64,000 bases of DNA, from the NCBI GenBank assembly GCA_012026655.1, contig JAAILG010000011.1:124001-188000 (forward strand), given 5' to 3'. The translations under genes and the position numbers were made by a program. Positions 12,686-26,856 of the stretch are shown in pieces; position 1 is the first letter of the stretch; every line of letters begins with the position of its first letter. The notes beneath the pieces are model-generated. The model had not been told where the DNA came from, did no database searches, and saw nothing but the letters and a program-made list of their open reading frames with translations. The DNA is from Hydrolagus affinis. Its lineage: Eukaryota.

Positions 12686-15600
12686 GATAATAATAATAAT
12701 AATAATGCTTGCATTTGATATAGCGCTTTTCACATAACCTAGGCGTCTCAAAGCGCTTCACAGAGTAAACTGTAAAGTGAATTGACTATATACAGTATAT
12801 ATATATATGTGGGTGAAATGTAACAAGCTAATTGTGCGCAGTAGTGCTAGTGTTAGTAACCTGACCAGGTTCAGATCATGGCTCTGCTTAGGTTCAAATG
12901 AGATTGATGCTGAAGCGCTTTGAGACCTATCGAAGATGTGATAAGGTGCTTTATAAACACAAGGATTATTATTATTGTATTAGAAGGAAAAATAGAGCAC
13001 TTTTTCTCTGTGTGGGACAGAACTTGTTAAGTGGGGGCCGAAAGTTGAGTGAGATCTAGGAATTTGGGTTGATTTGTAGATCACTATGTCTGAACAGTAT
13101 ATCGCAAGAATAGAACAAAGCAAACACAATGCTGGACAACAATGCCGAATCAGTTAAAGTGTCAATTTTCCAATTTTGATCAGGGCTGAAGACCTGCACG
13201 AGTAAAGCTCTGTCAACGCCCTAGAAGCAGAATAGAGCGTGACAATCAATCTAATTCCACCCCCCACCCCCCAATTTTATGAGGAATCACCAGATAACCC
13301 AGGGCATCAGTTTCAGGGACATCTCAATAGAACAACAACAAGAAAATTACATTTGTAGAGCCTCTTTCACGTCGATAGGACATCCCAAGGCGCTGAACAG
13401 TCAGGGGTCAGGACCCGAGAATGAGCGAAGGGCAGGGTTGGAATGAGGAAGGGCAGAGAGGTAGGATGGCACCTGAAGGCACGGTCGAAGAGGATGGACG
13501 AAGAATAGAAGACCTTTATAGAGGCATATAACCAGGACAAAAAATGTACATGTTCAAGTTTGTGAATGATGGGTTTAGAATAGTCATCAGAAAGGATTAT
13601 ATGAAGCACTGGAAGGGTAGATGAAGCTAGGGCACTGAGTAGGTTCAAGAAACTGCATGATGGTTGAGAGATGGCATTCTGTAAGGATGAAATTAAAAGG
13701 ACCTTTTTCATACAGCTTTTTTTTGTGTTGGGTGCTACGGCTGACTTCAAAGATGTATCTCCTAGTACATGATTGGCACTTGGCAAATTTGCAATGATTT
13801 AATCACTTCCACTTGGGTCAGTTTACAATATCCTCTATCTAAATGAATCCATTAACTGAGGTGACAGCCTTGAATACTAGAGATTGTGCCAATTGGAGCT
13901 CTAATTCTAAAGCTAAGAATATCACTCAAACCCCTTCCCCACAAAATACCTGCACTCTTGCTACTTTACAATATTTCCTGCGAAGCGCTTTGAGGCATCT
14001 CAACGATGTGATAAGGTGCTATATAGAATGGAAGGATTATTATAACTAAAATGTCTTATTTCTCCCACCATCTACAATTCTCCATGACCAATATGGACCT
14101 TGGTTGTATCTTGCCAGTGTATTGCTGGGGCAGAATGTTCTCTGGATAAACCTCCAGCTTCAGGTATGACCACAATCATTCTCCTGACTTTAATATAATA
14201 ATAATCCTTGCATTTAACATAGAGCTTTTCATGTCTTTTAGGCGTCTCAAAGCGCTTCACGGAATATACTGTAAAGCGAATTGACTTTATATTTTGTGGA
14301 TGAAACTAAAGTGTGGAAAATATTTTTTAAAAGAAAAAAAATCACTGTTAATCAGCGACCTTCCTTGCGGCTATTGTGTTAGGACTTCGATATCTGATTT
14401 AATGGTGCCTTAACTGCAATCCTCTGATACAGTAATGCAATAGGAGACCACTAGAGGACCTTACATGCAGTACTGTAGACAGAGAATTGGTTCAAATCCT
14501 CTGTATCCCCAAACCATTATGCACCACCGGAGGGCACTGTTAATAGGACTCGCATTTTCAGGTTTCATTTTATGGCTTTTTTTTAGCAAGTTTCACATAT
14601 TCCAGGTAATTCATAAATTACTTCCTGCCCCGAGTTTAAATGTGCCAGTACTATTATTGCTTCACCTCCTGGCAAGCAAAGGGATATAATAAATATTATA
14701 CAATGCATAATTCATATCTTCACAAAGCGAATGCCAAATTCGATCACAATTGTACAGGGTGAGCCGTGATAACTACCCTGTTATCTAAAAAGATCATAAT
14801 TTCTTTCAGATTTATTAGACACTGTAACTGTATCACAATGTTTTGGTCACCCTGTAGATTAGTTCTTTGCTTGATAAGATAATGATCATGCCCCCCATCA
14901 CACATGCTCCATTTAAATTCTAATGATACCGCACGCTGAACACTATCTGACAACGTTTTAGTAGTTTCAATCAGAAGACATACGGAGCCTTGAAACTTGA
15001 CCATCCCGTGCACGAATTAATATTCTTGCGTTAATGTGGATTCTAAATTTCAAGTACAACCATCTCAGGATAATAATAATAATCCTTGCATTTGATATGG
15101 CACTTTTCACATCTCCTTGATGTCTCAAAGCGCGTAACAGAATATACTGTAACGTGAATTGACTATATTTGTGGGAGAAACGCAGCCAATTGCAAAGCCA
15201 GTGTCCCACAGTCGTGGATTGAAGCAACTAATTTGATGTCTAACTCCCACAAAATGTTGACTAAGCAAAACCCCAGTCAGCAAGTTTACAGCCTTTTTTG
15301 GCTTGGGATTCTGAAATGACCAACAGGAATATCCAATATTTGCAAACCAGGAGTTCCAATAAGAAAGTAAACCTCCTGTTTTGATCAGGTGTTTCTACCT
15401 GCATGTATGAGTAATAAACATTCTTCAAACCCATTTAGAAATATTATCCGCTGGTAACCTCTTGTAGTTTTCAAAGTGAGACTCAAATCATTTTCGCACA
15501 CAAAATACAGTCAACTCACTTTACAGCATACTCTGAAGTATTTTGAGATGTCCCAATGATGTGATAAGGTGTTATGTCAAATGCAAGAATGATTATATAG
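12686..15600. repeat. Cluster of short SINE 3'-tail copies in both orientations (RIC3 intron 4)
   Basis: (aat)n ccttgcatttgatatagc...tctcaaagcgcttcac at ~12690, 14195, 15070 (minus) and its reverse complement at ~12910, 13965, 15495 (plus). The same family recurs at ~32000, 46580, 50700, 53090 and 60075. Confidence 0.8.
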
Positions 15601-16156
15601 ATTCAGAAATCTTATCCATCCACCTCTCTTAGTTTCCATAGCAAGGTACAAATCATTTTAAGTCATGGCTTCGCAGTCAAGTGTTAAGGGAGTGAACCCT
15701 GATACATACTTCAGGATGCCTTTTAATCCCATAGCAATTACTGTCTTTTAGCAATAGCGCCAACGTTTTTACTGATGAATGAGCTGCAGAATAACTACAG
15801 CACTAGGATCCCAGATTACTCTGCTCCGCAGAGCACATGTTTTGATGTGGGCTATTCAGCACCAGTTGGTAAATTTTATGAATTTGTCCCTGTGTGCGCA
15901 TGTGCTGTAAATCATTCTAGTGCATTTGTTTTAAGACTACTACTTAATTTTACATGTTTAATAATGTAAAAATCGATGAGTTATAAGCATGTGGGGACAA
16001 ATTCCCCACATTTAGCAAACAGAGCAGATTAGCACTTAAATCCCACAGCGGTGAGCGTGCTACAAGGAGCACACACAGGGCAGAAGAACACCATATTTTA
16101 AAAATGATTTGCTATGCCAGTAAATGACCATTTTAAGCAGAATGATGGATTCTTAC

Positions 16157-16250
16157 TCGTCTGACCCGCTTCCCATTTTGGATACGATTTTCTCCACGGC
16201 CATTTCAGTTTCTTTGAGCCTTTCTTGAAGTTGAGCCAGCTCGTAATCGG
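16157..16250 (-). CDS. RIC3: RIC3 coding exon 4 (coiled coil)
   Basis: ttttgcag| (T)DYELAQLQERLKETEMAVEKIVSKMGSGSD |gtaaga; 94 nt, phase 1 to 2. Confidence 0.93.
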
Positions 16251-16734
16251 CTGCAAAACACATTGTATGGAGATGTCACATCCAGCAGATCTGGTTAAAT
16301 GTTACACTTAGAGCTTTGCCTCTGCTTGTAATGCTAAGGCACCACTTACTTAAAAGACTGAAACCCCCAGATACACAGCGAATGGGATTCTTCGAAGTAA
16401 AACTGCGGTATTCTTAAACTCATTCTAGCAAAGGATGAAATATGTTTAGGAATATTACAATTTGACTCTTCCCTCCCCCCTTCCCTATTCTGTTTTAACT
16501 CGTACAGATCTAGGGTCGGAAGTACTCTAATAAGAAGTGCACTCCTGAGCTCTAATGCATTGTTTATCTCAGCAGTTAACAGTCCACCACCATTTGGCTT
16601 GGGCAGAAGTTGGCTGCATTGAAGTTAAGTGGGATGCCAAAAAAAAAAATAGTCTAACAGACATGAGAAATGAAAATAGAAATATTTAATGTGGCTCTCC
16701 CTGTAGGGAAGATGGAAAGTAACCTGATACGTAC

Positions 16735-16813
16735 TAATTTTCCGCTTCTTGTTTTCAGGCCTTGTAGTCGCACATTTCCTCTTCACTTGAGGACTTGAAC
16801 CTTTGGCTGATAT
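16735..16813 (-). CDS. RIC3: RIC3 coding exon 3
   Basis: tcttccag| ISAKGSSPQVKRKCATTRPENKKRKI |gtacgt; 79 nt, phase 0 to 1. Confidence 0.88.
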
Positions 16814-17439
16814 CTGGAAGACAAAATGTATACATTATAATATAAACTCAGCCTGTATCAAAGAAGGAAAAAATTAAATTCTTCATTAGGATAAAGAGAA
16901 ACCTTTCTCTCGCCAGTATGATATTAATAATTATTATTATCATGGTTCAGCAGAACCTTTGACACTGTTAATGAGAACTAGTCAACATGTGCCTTTATTA
17001 TTTTGGGGGGTACTGGGTGGTGGTGGAAGAGTTCTCTCTCTTGATAATTTATACTCTCTCCTCTTTACCCTAAAGAGCTACAAAGGGTTTTGTCAAAAGG
17101 AATTAAATTTCCAAGTTCCTGGAAATGACAAAGATTCAGGTGTATTGAACAGTGAAACAGATGTGGTTGAAATTGAATCTTTGGAGATGAATGGGCCTCT
17201 GGATGGCCCACTGGTCTACTGCATGAAACGGTTAGTATTAGTCCAATATTCAATACACACAACAAAATGCATCTGAACGTTGCTCTTAGATACGGTACTT
17301 ACCACACATTTGGTGTGTGTATATATAACTTAGTCTACATGTTAATTATAAAAGTAGTTTAAACTATTCTCACCACTTAGAAGCAGGTGATGTAATACAT
17401 TTGAGCAATCATTAAACAACCTCTGGGCTCTTCTGTCTT

Positions 17440-17790
17440 GAGGGAAGACAACTCGGAAGAATACCTCATCGAAGTTTATAACATTTTAAAAGAGATTAGG
17501 GAAAAAGTAAACCAATTTCAATACTTTATGATGCATCAAGTCAGTAAAACAAGGGGACACGAGTTTAGAAGTGCAAAGGGCAATTTCACAATGGATACTC
17601 GGAAGCCTTTCTTTACGCAGAGGGTAATCGATGGCTGGAACAGGTTGTCAGGAAAGGTGGTAAAGACCAGAACACTGCACTAATTTAATAAATCATGCAA
17701 TGATGGAGGGGTTGAAAGGGTAGGTGTTCTGGTGGAATGAGATCAGATGGGCTGAAAGACCTTCTTTATCTTGACTGATCTTGTGATTTG
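17440..17790 (+). mobile_element. CR1-clade LINE 3' fragment
   Basis: LIEVYNILK...KTRGHEF...FFTQRVIDGWNRL (CR1 ORF2 C-terminal motifs) plus gatgggctgaaagacctt tail. Confidence 0.85.
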
Positions 17791-20700
17791 AAAAGTCATA
17801 AAATGGTAAGAGAGATTCTGTGGGTATGAGACATCACTGAACTAGTGTTATTATAATACCAGTTTGATTTTTAGGAGTACAAAACAACATAAACTCCATA
17901 AAATGTGCTAATATAATCTACATATTGTACTTTCATCATTATATAGTTTACTGTAAAGGCTTTATACAGTATAGCATTAGAACGTGCATGCTGGTTACAC
18001 TTGGTAATAAAAGTGAGTTCCATGTCATGGTATGACCTACTTTTAGTTGTACTGTATTGCACTATCCAAGTCACCATGGAATATAACATTAATGATAACC
18101 TTTCCTGAGGTAAGAGACTAATTGAATACTGTTGGAAAATTCAGAAAATCATTATTGGAAATGTTTCAAACAGTGTTACAAATTAATATTTAACCTTGGA
18201 GTTGATGCTTTAGGATAGTTTCCCCCCCAAAAAAATTCAGTACAGCATATTTAATTATCAAATTTACAGAACATGTAGATGTCATTCCTTTATTGCTACT
18301 GTTAAAAACATGAAACTGACCGACAGCCAATAATTACTTCTGGTTTGCAGGAACGCATGGCCTGAAGTACAGTTTGTTTCAAGACTGCATTAGTTTAACA
18401 TTGCAGAGAAGCTTGGCAGAGTTAAGTCACAAGCTAATAATAGCCATAAAAGCCACACAGATGCATATTTGAATGTTCAAGGTGTTAAATCAAAGGCTGA
18501 CCAAATAGATTGGGCATATTATTACACTGAACGCATTTTATTTGCATCAATCTTCCCTTACTGGTCTTGGATCTTATTTCTACCTTTGCTCAAAGATATC
18601 TGATGCACAAAATGCAATCATCACGTTGCTTCACTCAGATAGATGGCACATAGCGTTCCCATGCCTGGTGTGGGTTATTCTATTTCCCAGATAATAATAG
18701 AAAATAAACTTCAATTATACAGTTCTGGCATCTGTCAGATCTCCAGATTAACTATAGTATTGAAATGTCCAGTCCATGTTTGCATTCATTGGATAGTTTA
18801 CGGAACTGTCAACTGAAAGCAATGATGTGAGCATTCAAACCTTGGGTAGAAACTGCTTATTACGATTGCTGATTTGCAATTGAATCATTGACATCCGATC
18901 CATTTATTTTAGTTTAGTGCAACAGGATGCATATTGCTTCGCTATATTGCAGACATGCCTTTTTGGACTAGTTCGCTTGAAATCTTCTTACAATCATAGG
19001 TTGAATTGTTACCATGTGAAACAATGTGAAGACTTTAATAGCCATTCTGTATACTGGCAAGATCGATCAACCCATCCATCAATCCATCAATCAATCAATC
19101 AATCAATACTTACATTTATATAGCGCCTTTCACATTGAGAGAACATCCCAAGGCGCTGTTGCAGTCAAGTAGGGACAAGACCGGGGGGGGGTCGGGTCAG
19201 GGCAGGATGAAAGAAAGTAGGAGAATTGACTGTATATTTGTGGGTGAAACACAGCAGCCAAATTGCACACAGCAATATCCCACAAACAGCCATGGAAGTG
19301 GGGTTAGGGGAGAAAGGGGGAAAGAGGGTAAGGGGAGGGGTCGGGGGAAGGAAAGCAGGAAAATCGACTGCATATTTGTGGGCAAAACGTGGCAGCCAAA
19401 TTGCGCACAACAGTGTCCCACAAATATGAGATCAAATGGGTCAGAAAGTGTTCTTCCAGGTCAATCTTGACTTTTTTTAAAAAAAAGTATTTGTTATTAA
19501 AAGGCTTATAATCTCATATTCCCAACATTAGAAAGATTGCAGGGGGATAAACAGATGAGATAAACATATCTTGAAGCCATAATGGATGGCTTGGTAAATG
19601 TTAGGATCATATTGTATAATTAAGAGTGTTAAGGATATGAACTTTTAGTATGATTGACTAGGGAGGAAACATTTTCTACCTGGACACCAGCTATAGGTGT
19701 AGCCCCCAAGGCTTTTTAATGTGGACATTTATGATTTTTCTCTGTATTTTCCCTTTCTAGACAATGGTTCAAGATGACAGGGGGTCCCGTGAGACTAGTT
19801 AGTACATGCGTTAACGCGTGTTGCGACATGAAAGAGATGAGAAATCTGCTCATAATTAAATCGTTAAGTTCTTTTATTTCCAAGGGAATTGGTACCCTTA
19901 CTATCACTCACCGGGGCAAGGAGAGTGCCTGGAATAACTTCAATCCTATATAAATTTGGAACTGGGAGCTGATACAGAAATAGTGGAAGATGGCTATCAT
20001 TCTAGAAAGCTGCTCCAACCCACCCAGAGATAACCTAGACAACCATCCATCTAGTGCCTTTTGCACCAAACACATCATCAATCAGGTTGATACTGGATTG
20101 GACCACAGTACAATAAGACGTCATTGATAAATTGAAGGCTTTGTAACCTCTGTAAATGCCCTTATCAAGGTTGTGACCTTACTTGACCGGCCATCCATGT
20201 TTTTGGAAGCAGTGAGACAATGCACCAACTCAGATCATCCGTTTATAAACGGCAGGTTTCATGAACGCCTGTCCTCTAAAACTGCACTCTCCAAAGGATT
20301 TCTACAGGGTTGTATCAAAGAATGATTCTTTGGAAGACTGTGAACCAGTGAAAAGATGATGAAGAATGCAAAGATTCTGCCCAGTGCATCAGACTCGCAA
20401 AGAATCTGAGGATAAGACTGCAAAAGAATGAACAAATCTTAAGTGAGAAAGTGATACCTCAGTGCCTTTGAGATTTGATAGTTCCCAGCTAAATCAATGT
20501 CAAAGCTCAGCACTGAGGGAAATAGTGGCAGATCTCATTTAAAAATTTACAACAAATGTTAATTTCTTTAGAAAGAGTACAGTACTTGCTTATAAGAGAT
20601 GCTTGCATCTTCAACTTTTCAATTCGATTTTAAACTTCAATTTTTGAAAGCTCATAATTTCTTCTATTTCTGGTGCAGTAACCAGTGGTGAGTTCTAATG

Positions 20701-20849
20701 AACATTTTGTAATGTGGACGTATCCAGGCTGGAATTAATAAATCAATTAAAATCGCTATTCTGTCTGGTAGTCTGAAACTAATGTTCCAGTTAAAATGAG
20801 CACCAGAACCACAATAATAATCCTTGTTTTTAATATATCGCTTTTCAAT

Positions 20850-21265
20850 TCAGAATCCTGGCCCTCACCTTTAAAGCCCTCCATGGCATTGCCCCACCCT
20901 ACCTATGTGACCTCCTAACCCTCCACCAACCTGTCCGCTCCCTCCGCTCAGTGGGCTCTGGCCTGCTCCATGTCCCCCCACCCACCTACTCCACCATCGG
21001 CGGGCAAGTTTTCAGCCACTCTGGCCCCAACATCTGGAATTCCATCCCACAATCCCTCGGCCATGCCCCCTCCCTAGCCTCCTTCAAGTCCTGCCTCAAG
21101 ACCCTCCTCTTCAAAAGTCCCATTGGTTACCCCGCGCCCCCACCCCCCTCTTCCATCTACCCTCTCCGATCCCAACACCAGATTGGGTCTGAAATACTGA
21201 CTGTCCAGGCCTTGGGGCATCCTCCGAACATGAAAGGTGCTATACAAACATAATTTTGTTGTTTT
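20850..21265 (+). mobile_element. L2-clade LINE 3' fragment (same family as 5170-5773)
   Basis: High similarity to 5400-5770 (ggaattccatcccacaatccctc; ccttcaagtcctgcctcaag). Confidence 0.85.
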
Positions 21266-21429
21266 CACGTCTTCTAGACGTCGCAAAGCACTTCACACAA
21301 TACACTGTAAAGTGAATTGATTGCATATTTGTGGGTGAAACACGCTAGCCATTTGCACACAGCAATGTCTCACAAACAGTCATGGTTTGAAATAACCAAT
21401 TTTTTTTGGATGGATTATTATCAGGTCTG

Positions 21430-21530
21430 TGGAGTAAAGAAACTTGCCCAAGGTTTCGCTGTGCCTGGAATCGAACCCAGGTTCTCTTGTGTACAAGGCG
21501 AATGCGCCAACCACTGAGCTACAGGACTCC
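21430..21530 (-). mobile_element. tRNA-derived SINE head
   Basis: Minus strand tagctcagtgg (A box) and gggttcgattcc (B box); no complete cloverleaf. Confidence 0.6.
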
Positions 21531-21809
21531 AAAACCTTTGAAGAAGTGGTTCTCAAATCCAGTTCTCCAATGCATGGCCCAGACACTGCAAAGTCCTTCC
21601 TAACTGAGGGAGGATTCCTTGCTTGATCTTAACTCACTGTTGGCTATGTGTTGTCTTTATAAAAATAAAGAAACTATTGTCAAGTTACTCCCAGATGTAC
21701 TGTGGGTTAGATCACATACGTAAATAACCTGTACAATAATTAACTTACCTCTGCAAAATATTTGTTAATTTCTCTAAATGTACAAGTATCCTTATTGTAT
21801 TTTATACAA

Positions 21810-22095
21810 TAATTCTTGCATTTGATGTAGCACCTTATCACGTCATCAATTCATCTCAAAGCTCTCTCCTCTTTTTGAATAGTACCGTAGTTTTTCAACA
21901 TTCGCCTGAAAAGGCAGACGAGACCTCGGTTGAACGTCTTATCCGAAGGAAGGCACTTCCGACAATGCAACATACCTCTGGCAGTGAATTGGATTGTTAG
22001 TTTAGATGTTGTGCTTCCAAGTTCCAATGTGGGGCTTGAACCTGCAACCTCCTGGCTTGAAGGTGAAAATGCTGCATACCATTGAGCCAGACACA
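21810..22095 (-). mobile_element. tRNA-headed Deu-domain SINE (SacSINE1/AmnSINE1-like)
   Basis: Minus strand: A box ggctcaatgg, B box ggttcaagccc, Deu domain ttcggataagacgttcaaccgaggtctcgtctgcc. Confidence 0.75.
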
Positions 22096-23150
22096 TTGCT
22101 TTCCCTTACAATGAACTCCCTGCCAGTGAATCCAATCTCATTGCCTCATTTTCAGCAATTCACAATTTGGAATAATTTACTGCAGCATACTGATGGCTTT
22201 GCAAAATGCATAATACATTGTAATATATTTTTCATTACAAAGAACCAACAAAGAAATTGCTACTTTAAGTGATTGGCGCATGATCGACCTTCCATTCCCC
22301 ACCACCCCCCACCCCACCATCCTTCATTTACCAGTTCAATTCAAAGCTGTTGGAGGAATGAAAGGTGACTGGTTGGGCCTGTTTGAGTTAAAACAGTTCT
22401 GTGAGGACCTGACCTAAGCCTCACTGTTGTACCTTATGAATCACTGTACAATAGGTACACTACCTTTTACACAACCATAGAAAATCTCAGTACAAGTATT
22501 AGATATGATAAGGCGTTATATCAAATGCAAGGATTATTATTATGATAGTGTGAATGTAATGAATCAAAATTTACAACGCAGAAGGCCATGTGTCCAACAT
22601 GTTTAGCTAGCTAGACTAGCTCTTCCGCTAGAGGTATTTACTCTAATCCCATTCCCCTGCTCTCTTCCCTGTTGGAAGAGATGCAGTCAAATACAATTTT
22701 GTGTTTTAAAAGTATTTTAAAGAAATTCCCCTTTTAGGCAAACATCATGTTTTTGCCCCCTTGATAACTTTTTTTTCTATCATCAATGAATGCACTTAAA
22801 ATACTAGTTATAAAAATATTTTGCTGTTCTCCACTCTCTTTTGGCTGTAAGGATAGACAGAAAATGTACTTACAGATGATGCCTATAAAGTAAAATATGC
22901 GCATTTATTAGTGTCATATTGATGTCTTAAATGCCTCCCAATAATTACTGTTAAGTGTAATGGTGGTAGATCGAGAGAAGCCCTTGAAGGTATTGCGATA
23001 TCAGAAACTTGCAGCTGGGCAAATCGAAAGGCTGAACTTACTTCCTGACGGTTTGTGTTTTGAACGTGGGTGATTGACTTGCTGCCTTTGAATGACATCA
23101 AAACCAAAATCCCAACTGAAACACATACAGTATTGTAATTTCCACAGTAC

Positions 23151-23353
23151 CTTAAAGAGGATATATAGGATGTACACAAATATTCCGAATCCGTAAATAG
23201 GGATGATCTGGCCCATAATGTTTTTATTGCCTCCTCCAACAGCTTTGGCTTTGACCACAGCTTCTGCATTGTTGAACTGGGAAGGGGCTGACCTGCTGGA
23301 TTTGATGTCAGAAGCTTTTGGACGCATCATGGGAGGAAATCGATTGGGGTTAG
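23151..23353 (-). CDS. RIC3: RIC3 coding exon 2 (RFPPMM motif and TM helix)
   Basis: ttttgcag| acceptor; NPNRFPPMMR...AEAVVKAK...MGQIIPIYGFGIFVYILYILFK; donor |gtactg; 203 nt, phase 1 to 0. Confidence 0.95.
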
Positions 23354-23724
23354 CTGCAAAACATAATAGACGAGAATCGTTTAAACATTTGCTACCCATG
23401 AATGGTACATTTTTAATCTTCATCAAAGTACAATTTGAGATTAAATCAATGTTTTTTTGCCAGCCTGCCTTCAGTTGCATTTTGATATCACCCTTTCTGT
23501 CTGCGTAATAAATTGCTTTGTGTTGAATTGGGAATATAGAGGTGTTGGTATTCTGGAAGGATGAGCCCAATTAGGTCCAATATAATGCCCCCAGCATCAA
23601 TTACCTGAGAGTGGCAAGTTATAGAGGAGGGATCAAAGTTCGGACTATCCTGATCTGTATCACGCAATATAATGCATTTATCCACTGAGTGATCAGGAGC
23701 AGCCAAACTGTTGCTCATTTGACA

Positions 23725-24065
23725 ATAGTCCTTGCATTTTGGTATAGCACCTAATCACATCAGAGGGATGTCTCAAAGCGCTTCACAGGATTTACTGTGA
23801 AATCGAGTGACTCTATATTTGTAGGCGAACACAGTATCCAAAGCAATGCCCCACAAATAGCCATGAAACGAATGACCATTTTATTTGGGGGATTGTTGGC
23901 CAGAATGTTTGGGAGATACTCCCTTCCCGAATAGTGCTACGGGATCTTTAACATCCACCTGAACAGGCAGATGGGACCTCAGTGTCACGTCTCATTCGAA
24001 GTGTAACATCTCACCCCCAGCATTGCATTGAAGTGTCGGCTTAGACTATGTGAGTTCAAGTCCCG
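23725..24065 (-). mobile_element. Deu-domain SINE
   Basis: aatagtgctacgggatctttaacatccacctgaacaggcaga (Deu domain, reverse) plus the SINE tail. Confidence 0.7.
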
Positions 24066-26649
24066 ATATGCAAACAAATATAACCATTATGTACAAAGCG
24101 TAAAAAGAGAAATATGTCTGCCACAAATAGAAATTTAAAACTTCATCTTTTACCCATTTTGTTGTCGTCGGGATCAAAGGACCCTCATCTTAATTTTTGT
24201 TGAGCCTCCGCTTATACTGTCTTCAGTTGCTAGGCTACCATTTGTATAAATAACTATTGCGAATGTTAATCTACTGTCTACTCTTTCATTACCAGATGTG
24301 AAGGTATTATAAAATGTCACTCAGTATTCATAGAATTAATCTGCATAAGCACCCAAGAGAGCAGTATTTTAAATAATGTAAATTGCATCTGATAAGTTTT
24401 CTGGCGTTTTGCTTATCAGCTGTGAATAGGTTAATCATTCTGTACAATTGGCTACATCTCTGCCAACTCTGCCCATCACTTGGGTATAACCTTTCTTATG
24501 GCTGTTAAAATAGACAATAATTCTACGGTGAAATTCATTCTATTATGCATAAATAAGTAATTGGAAACTATTGGTTAGCTGAAAGCCAATATCGAAAGTC
24601 AACAGAACTGTTTTTAAAATGTAATATTTCAAGGAGCTTTGTGTGCTTCAATACTTCTAGTTACAATATCAAGCTAATTTTGTAAATTTTGATTGATCCA
24701 AACTAAGATCTCTCTACACTCTAATTATTTGAAGATTTATCCAGAATAGCATTACCTGCACTGAACTTCAATTTAACACCTTCAGTTTTACAGTGCTTAA
24801 TGCACCATATCCAAAATTACTGCAGTCATTTTCCTTTATCTTGCTTACCTGAAATACTTTTTAAATCAAGGCTTACTCTAGATCTTAACTCTGTGCTCTG
24901 CACTTATTTTCCTTAATACAGTACTATTATTGGAGAGAAATACATAAAGAGCAAAGCTTCAAAAGAAGGCTTTGATGCATGTAGAGGTGAAGATGCTAGC
25001 CTGACTTCACTGGTGGTACTCTCTGGATTAAAATATTGTGGATTCAGGTCCACATTGGGGACTTTAGTGAGCACATTGATCGAGGCTAGCACCAATGCAG
25101 TTTGTGGACAGCACTACATTGATGAAGATGCCATCCTTCATATCAATTCTGCCAAGCCCAGGGCCATCTGCCACATTTGGCCAGTTTTGCTTTTCAGATG
25201 TGGCTAGTTCCACTCTGATGAATCAATTTGCGTTTCAACTTGTGGGATTGAAATGGATCTTCTGTCGCTTCTATCACATCAAAACATCTAAAAACTAGAA
25301 TATATATGGCCACTGGGTTGGACAGCACTGCTTTGGATGAGAAGTGAAACCGAGGTCTTATCTGTTTATTTAAGTGGATGTTAAAGAATCCACGGCACTT
25401 AATAACTATAATAATGAGATAATAAGAATCCTCGCATTTGATATGGTGCTTTTCATGTCTTCTAGACATACAATCATGGAATCATAGAATTTTATGGCAC
25501 AAAAGGAGGCCATTTGGCCCATCTAGTCTGTGTCGGCTCTTTGAAAAGAGCAACTCAATCCCACTGCCCAGCTCTCTCCCCATAACCTGACAGACCTGTT
25601 CTCCCTAAACATCTCAAAGCGCTTCACAGAATATACCGTAAAATGAATTGCTTGTATATTTTTATGGGTGAAACTTTCCAAAAAGAGAAGGGAGTTCTCC
25701 TGATGTCCTCATCAATAATGCTCGTTTAATTTGTCATCGACCTGGCCGTTTGAGGGATACTGCTGTTCACAAATTGGTTGCTGTATTTTTCCTACTAATA
25801 GTCACTACACTAAAACTTGAAATTCATTCTATTATGTATATCTGAGTAATTGGAAACCTAGTGGTTAGCTGTAAGCCAACTGAGGACTTGACAGGAAACT
25901 AATTGCCTTGAAACACTTAGATACTGTATTTCAATCTGATCAAGTAGTGTAGCGAGGATTATTATTGAAGGATTCAGTGAGCCATGTTTCGCATCTCACT
26001 CTCTTGATAGATACTGTTCATTGTAGCAATAATGTTTTTGGTGGCAGTGAAATCTAACCCTGTAGCAGTAAAGAATTTTTAAACAAGTTATCCCTCTGGG
26101 AAGCATGTGCACTCTATATTTTGGAATTCTCAAATCTAGTAGTTTGGATACTCTTAAGCATACAGATGGGTTTCCATATGAATTTGAAATCTGGCCAAAT
26201 AAACAATTTACAAAGTCAAAGCACACAGGTAAATACGATTTTAAAGGGTTCACTATATTATCTTAGTGACATCTACTGACATACCAATAATGTGTTGTAC
26301 TTTTGCATTAACTGGTTGCTAAATTTAAAAATGTTTCATGCTGTCTGATCGCTAACTGGAATATTGGCTCTCGCTCCATTGGATACAGTTTTATACATGT
26401 TGCTAGAACAAATAAGCAGTCTACTGTTGCCTGTTGAAACAAATTAGTACATCAGAATACAGGACACTAATATGAAATGATTATTAGCATAATCAAATGT
26501 TAGGTGGAACTATTCGTCCCTTACTGAAGTTTACCCATAATTGTTTCTAGTGTCTGCTGCAATAAACACCTACATTTCCCAGATTATTATTATTATAATG
26601 AAAGAAAATGAGGATACCCATGGAGAAAGTCACCAATTATATTTGGGGG

Positions 26650-26856
26650 AAACTCTGTTCTCTTTTCGAATAGTGTCATGGGATCTGAACAGGTAGACAT
26701 TTAACGTCTCACCCGAACGAAGGCACCTCCGACATTACGAAACAACCCCAGCATTGCATTGAAGAATCAATTTAGACCATAAGTCCCAACATGGGACACA
26801 AAACTGCAAACTTCTGACTCAGAGACAAGAGTGCTATCACTTCGCCAAGCTGACAC
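26650..26856 (-). mobile_element. Deu-domain SINE
   Basis: aatagtgtcatgggatct...ttaacgtctcacccgaacgaaggcacctccgaca. Confidence 0.7.

Noticed and set aside
21462-21527. tRNA gene on the minus strand
   Set aside because: A and B boxes are present but there is no proper acceptor or anticodon stem; embedded in SINE sequence.
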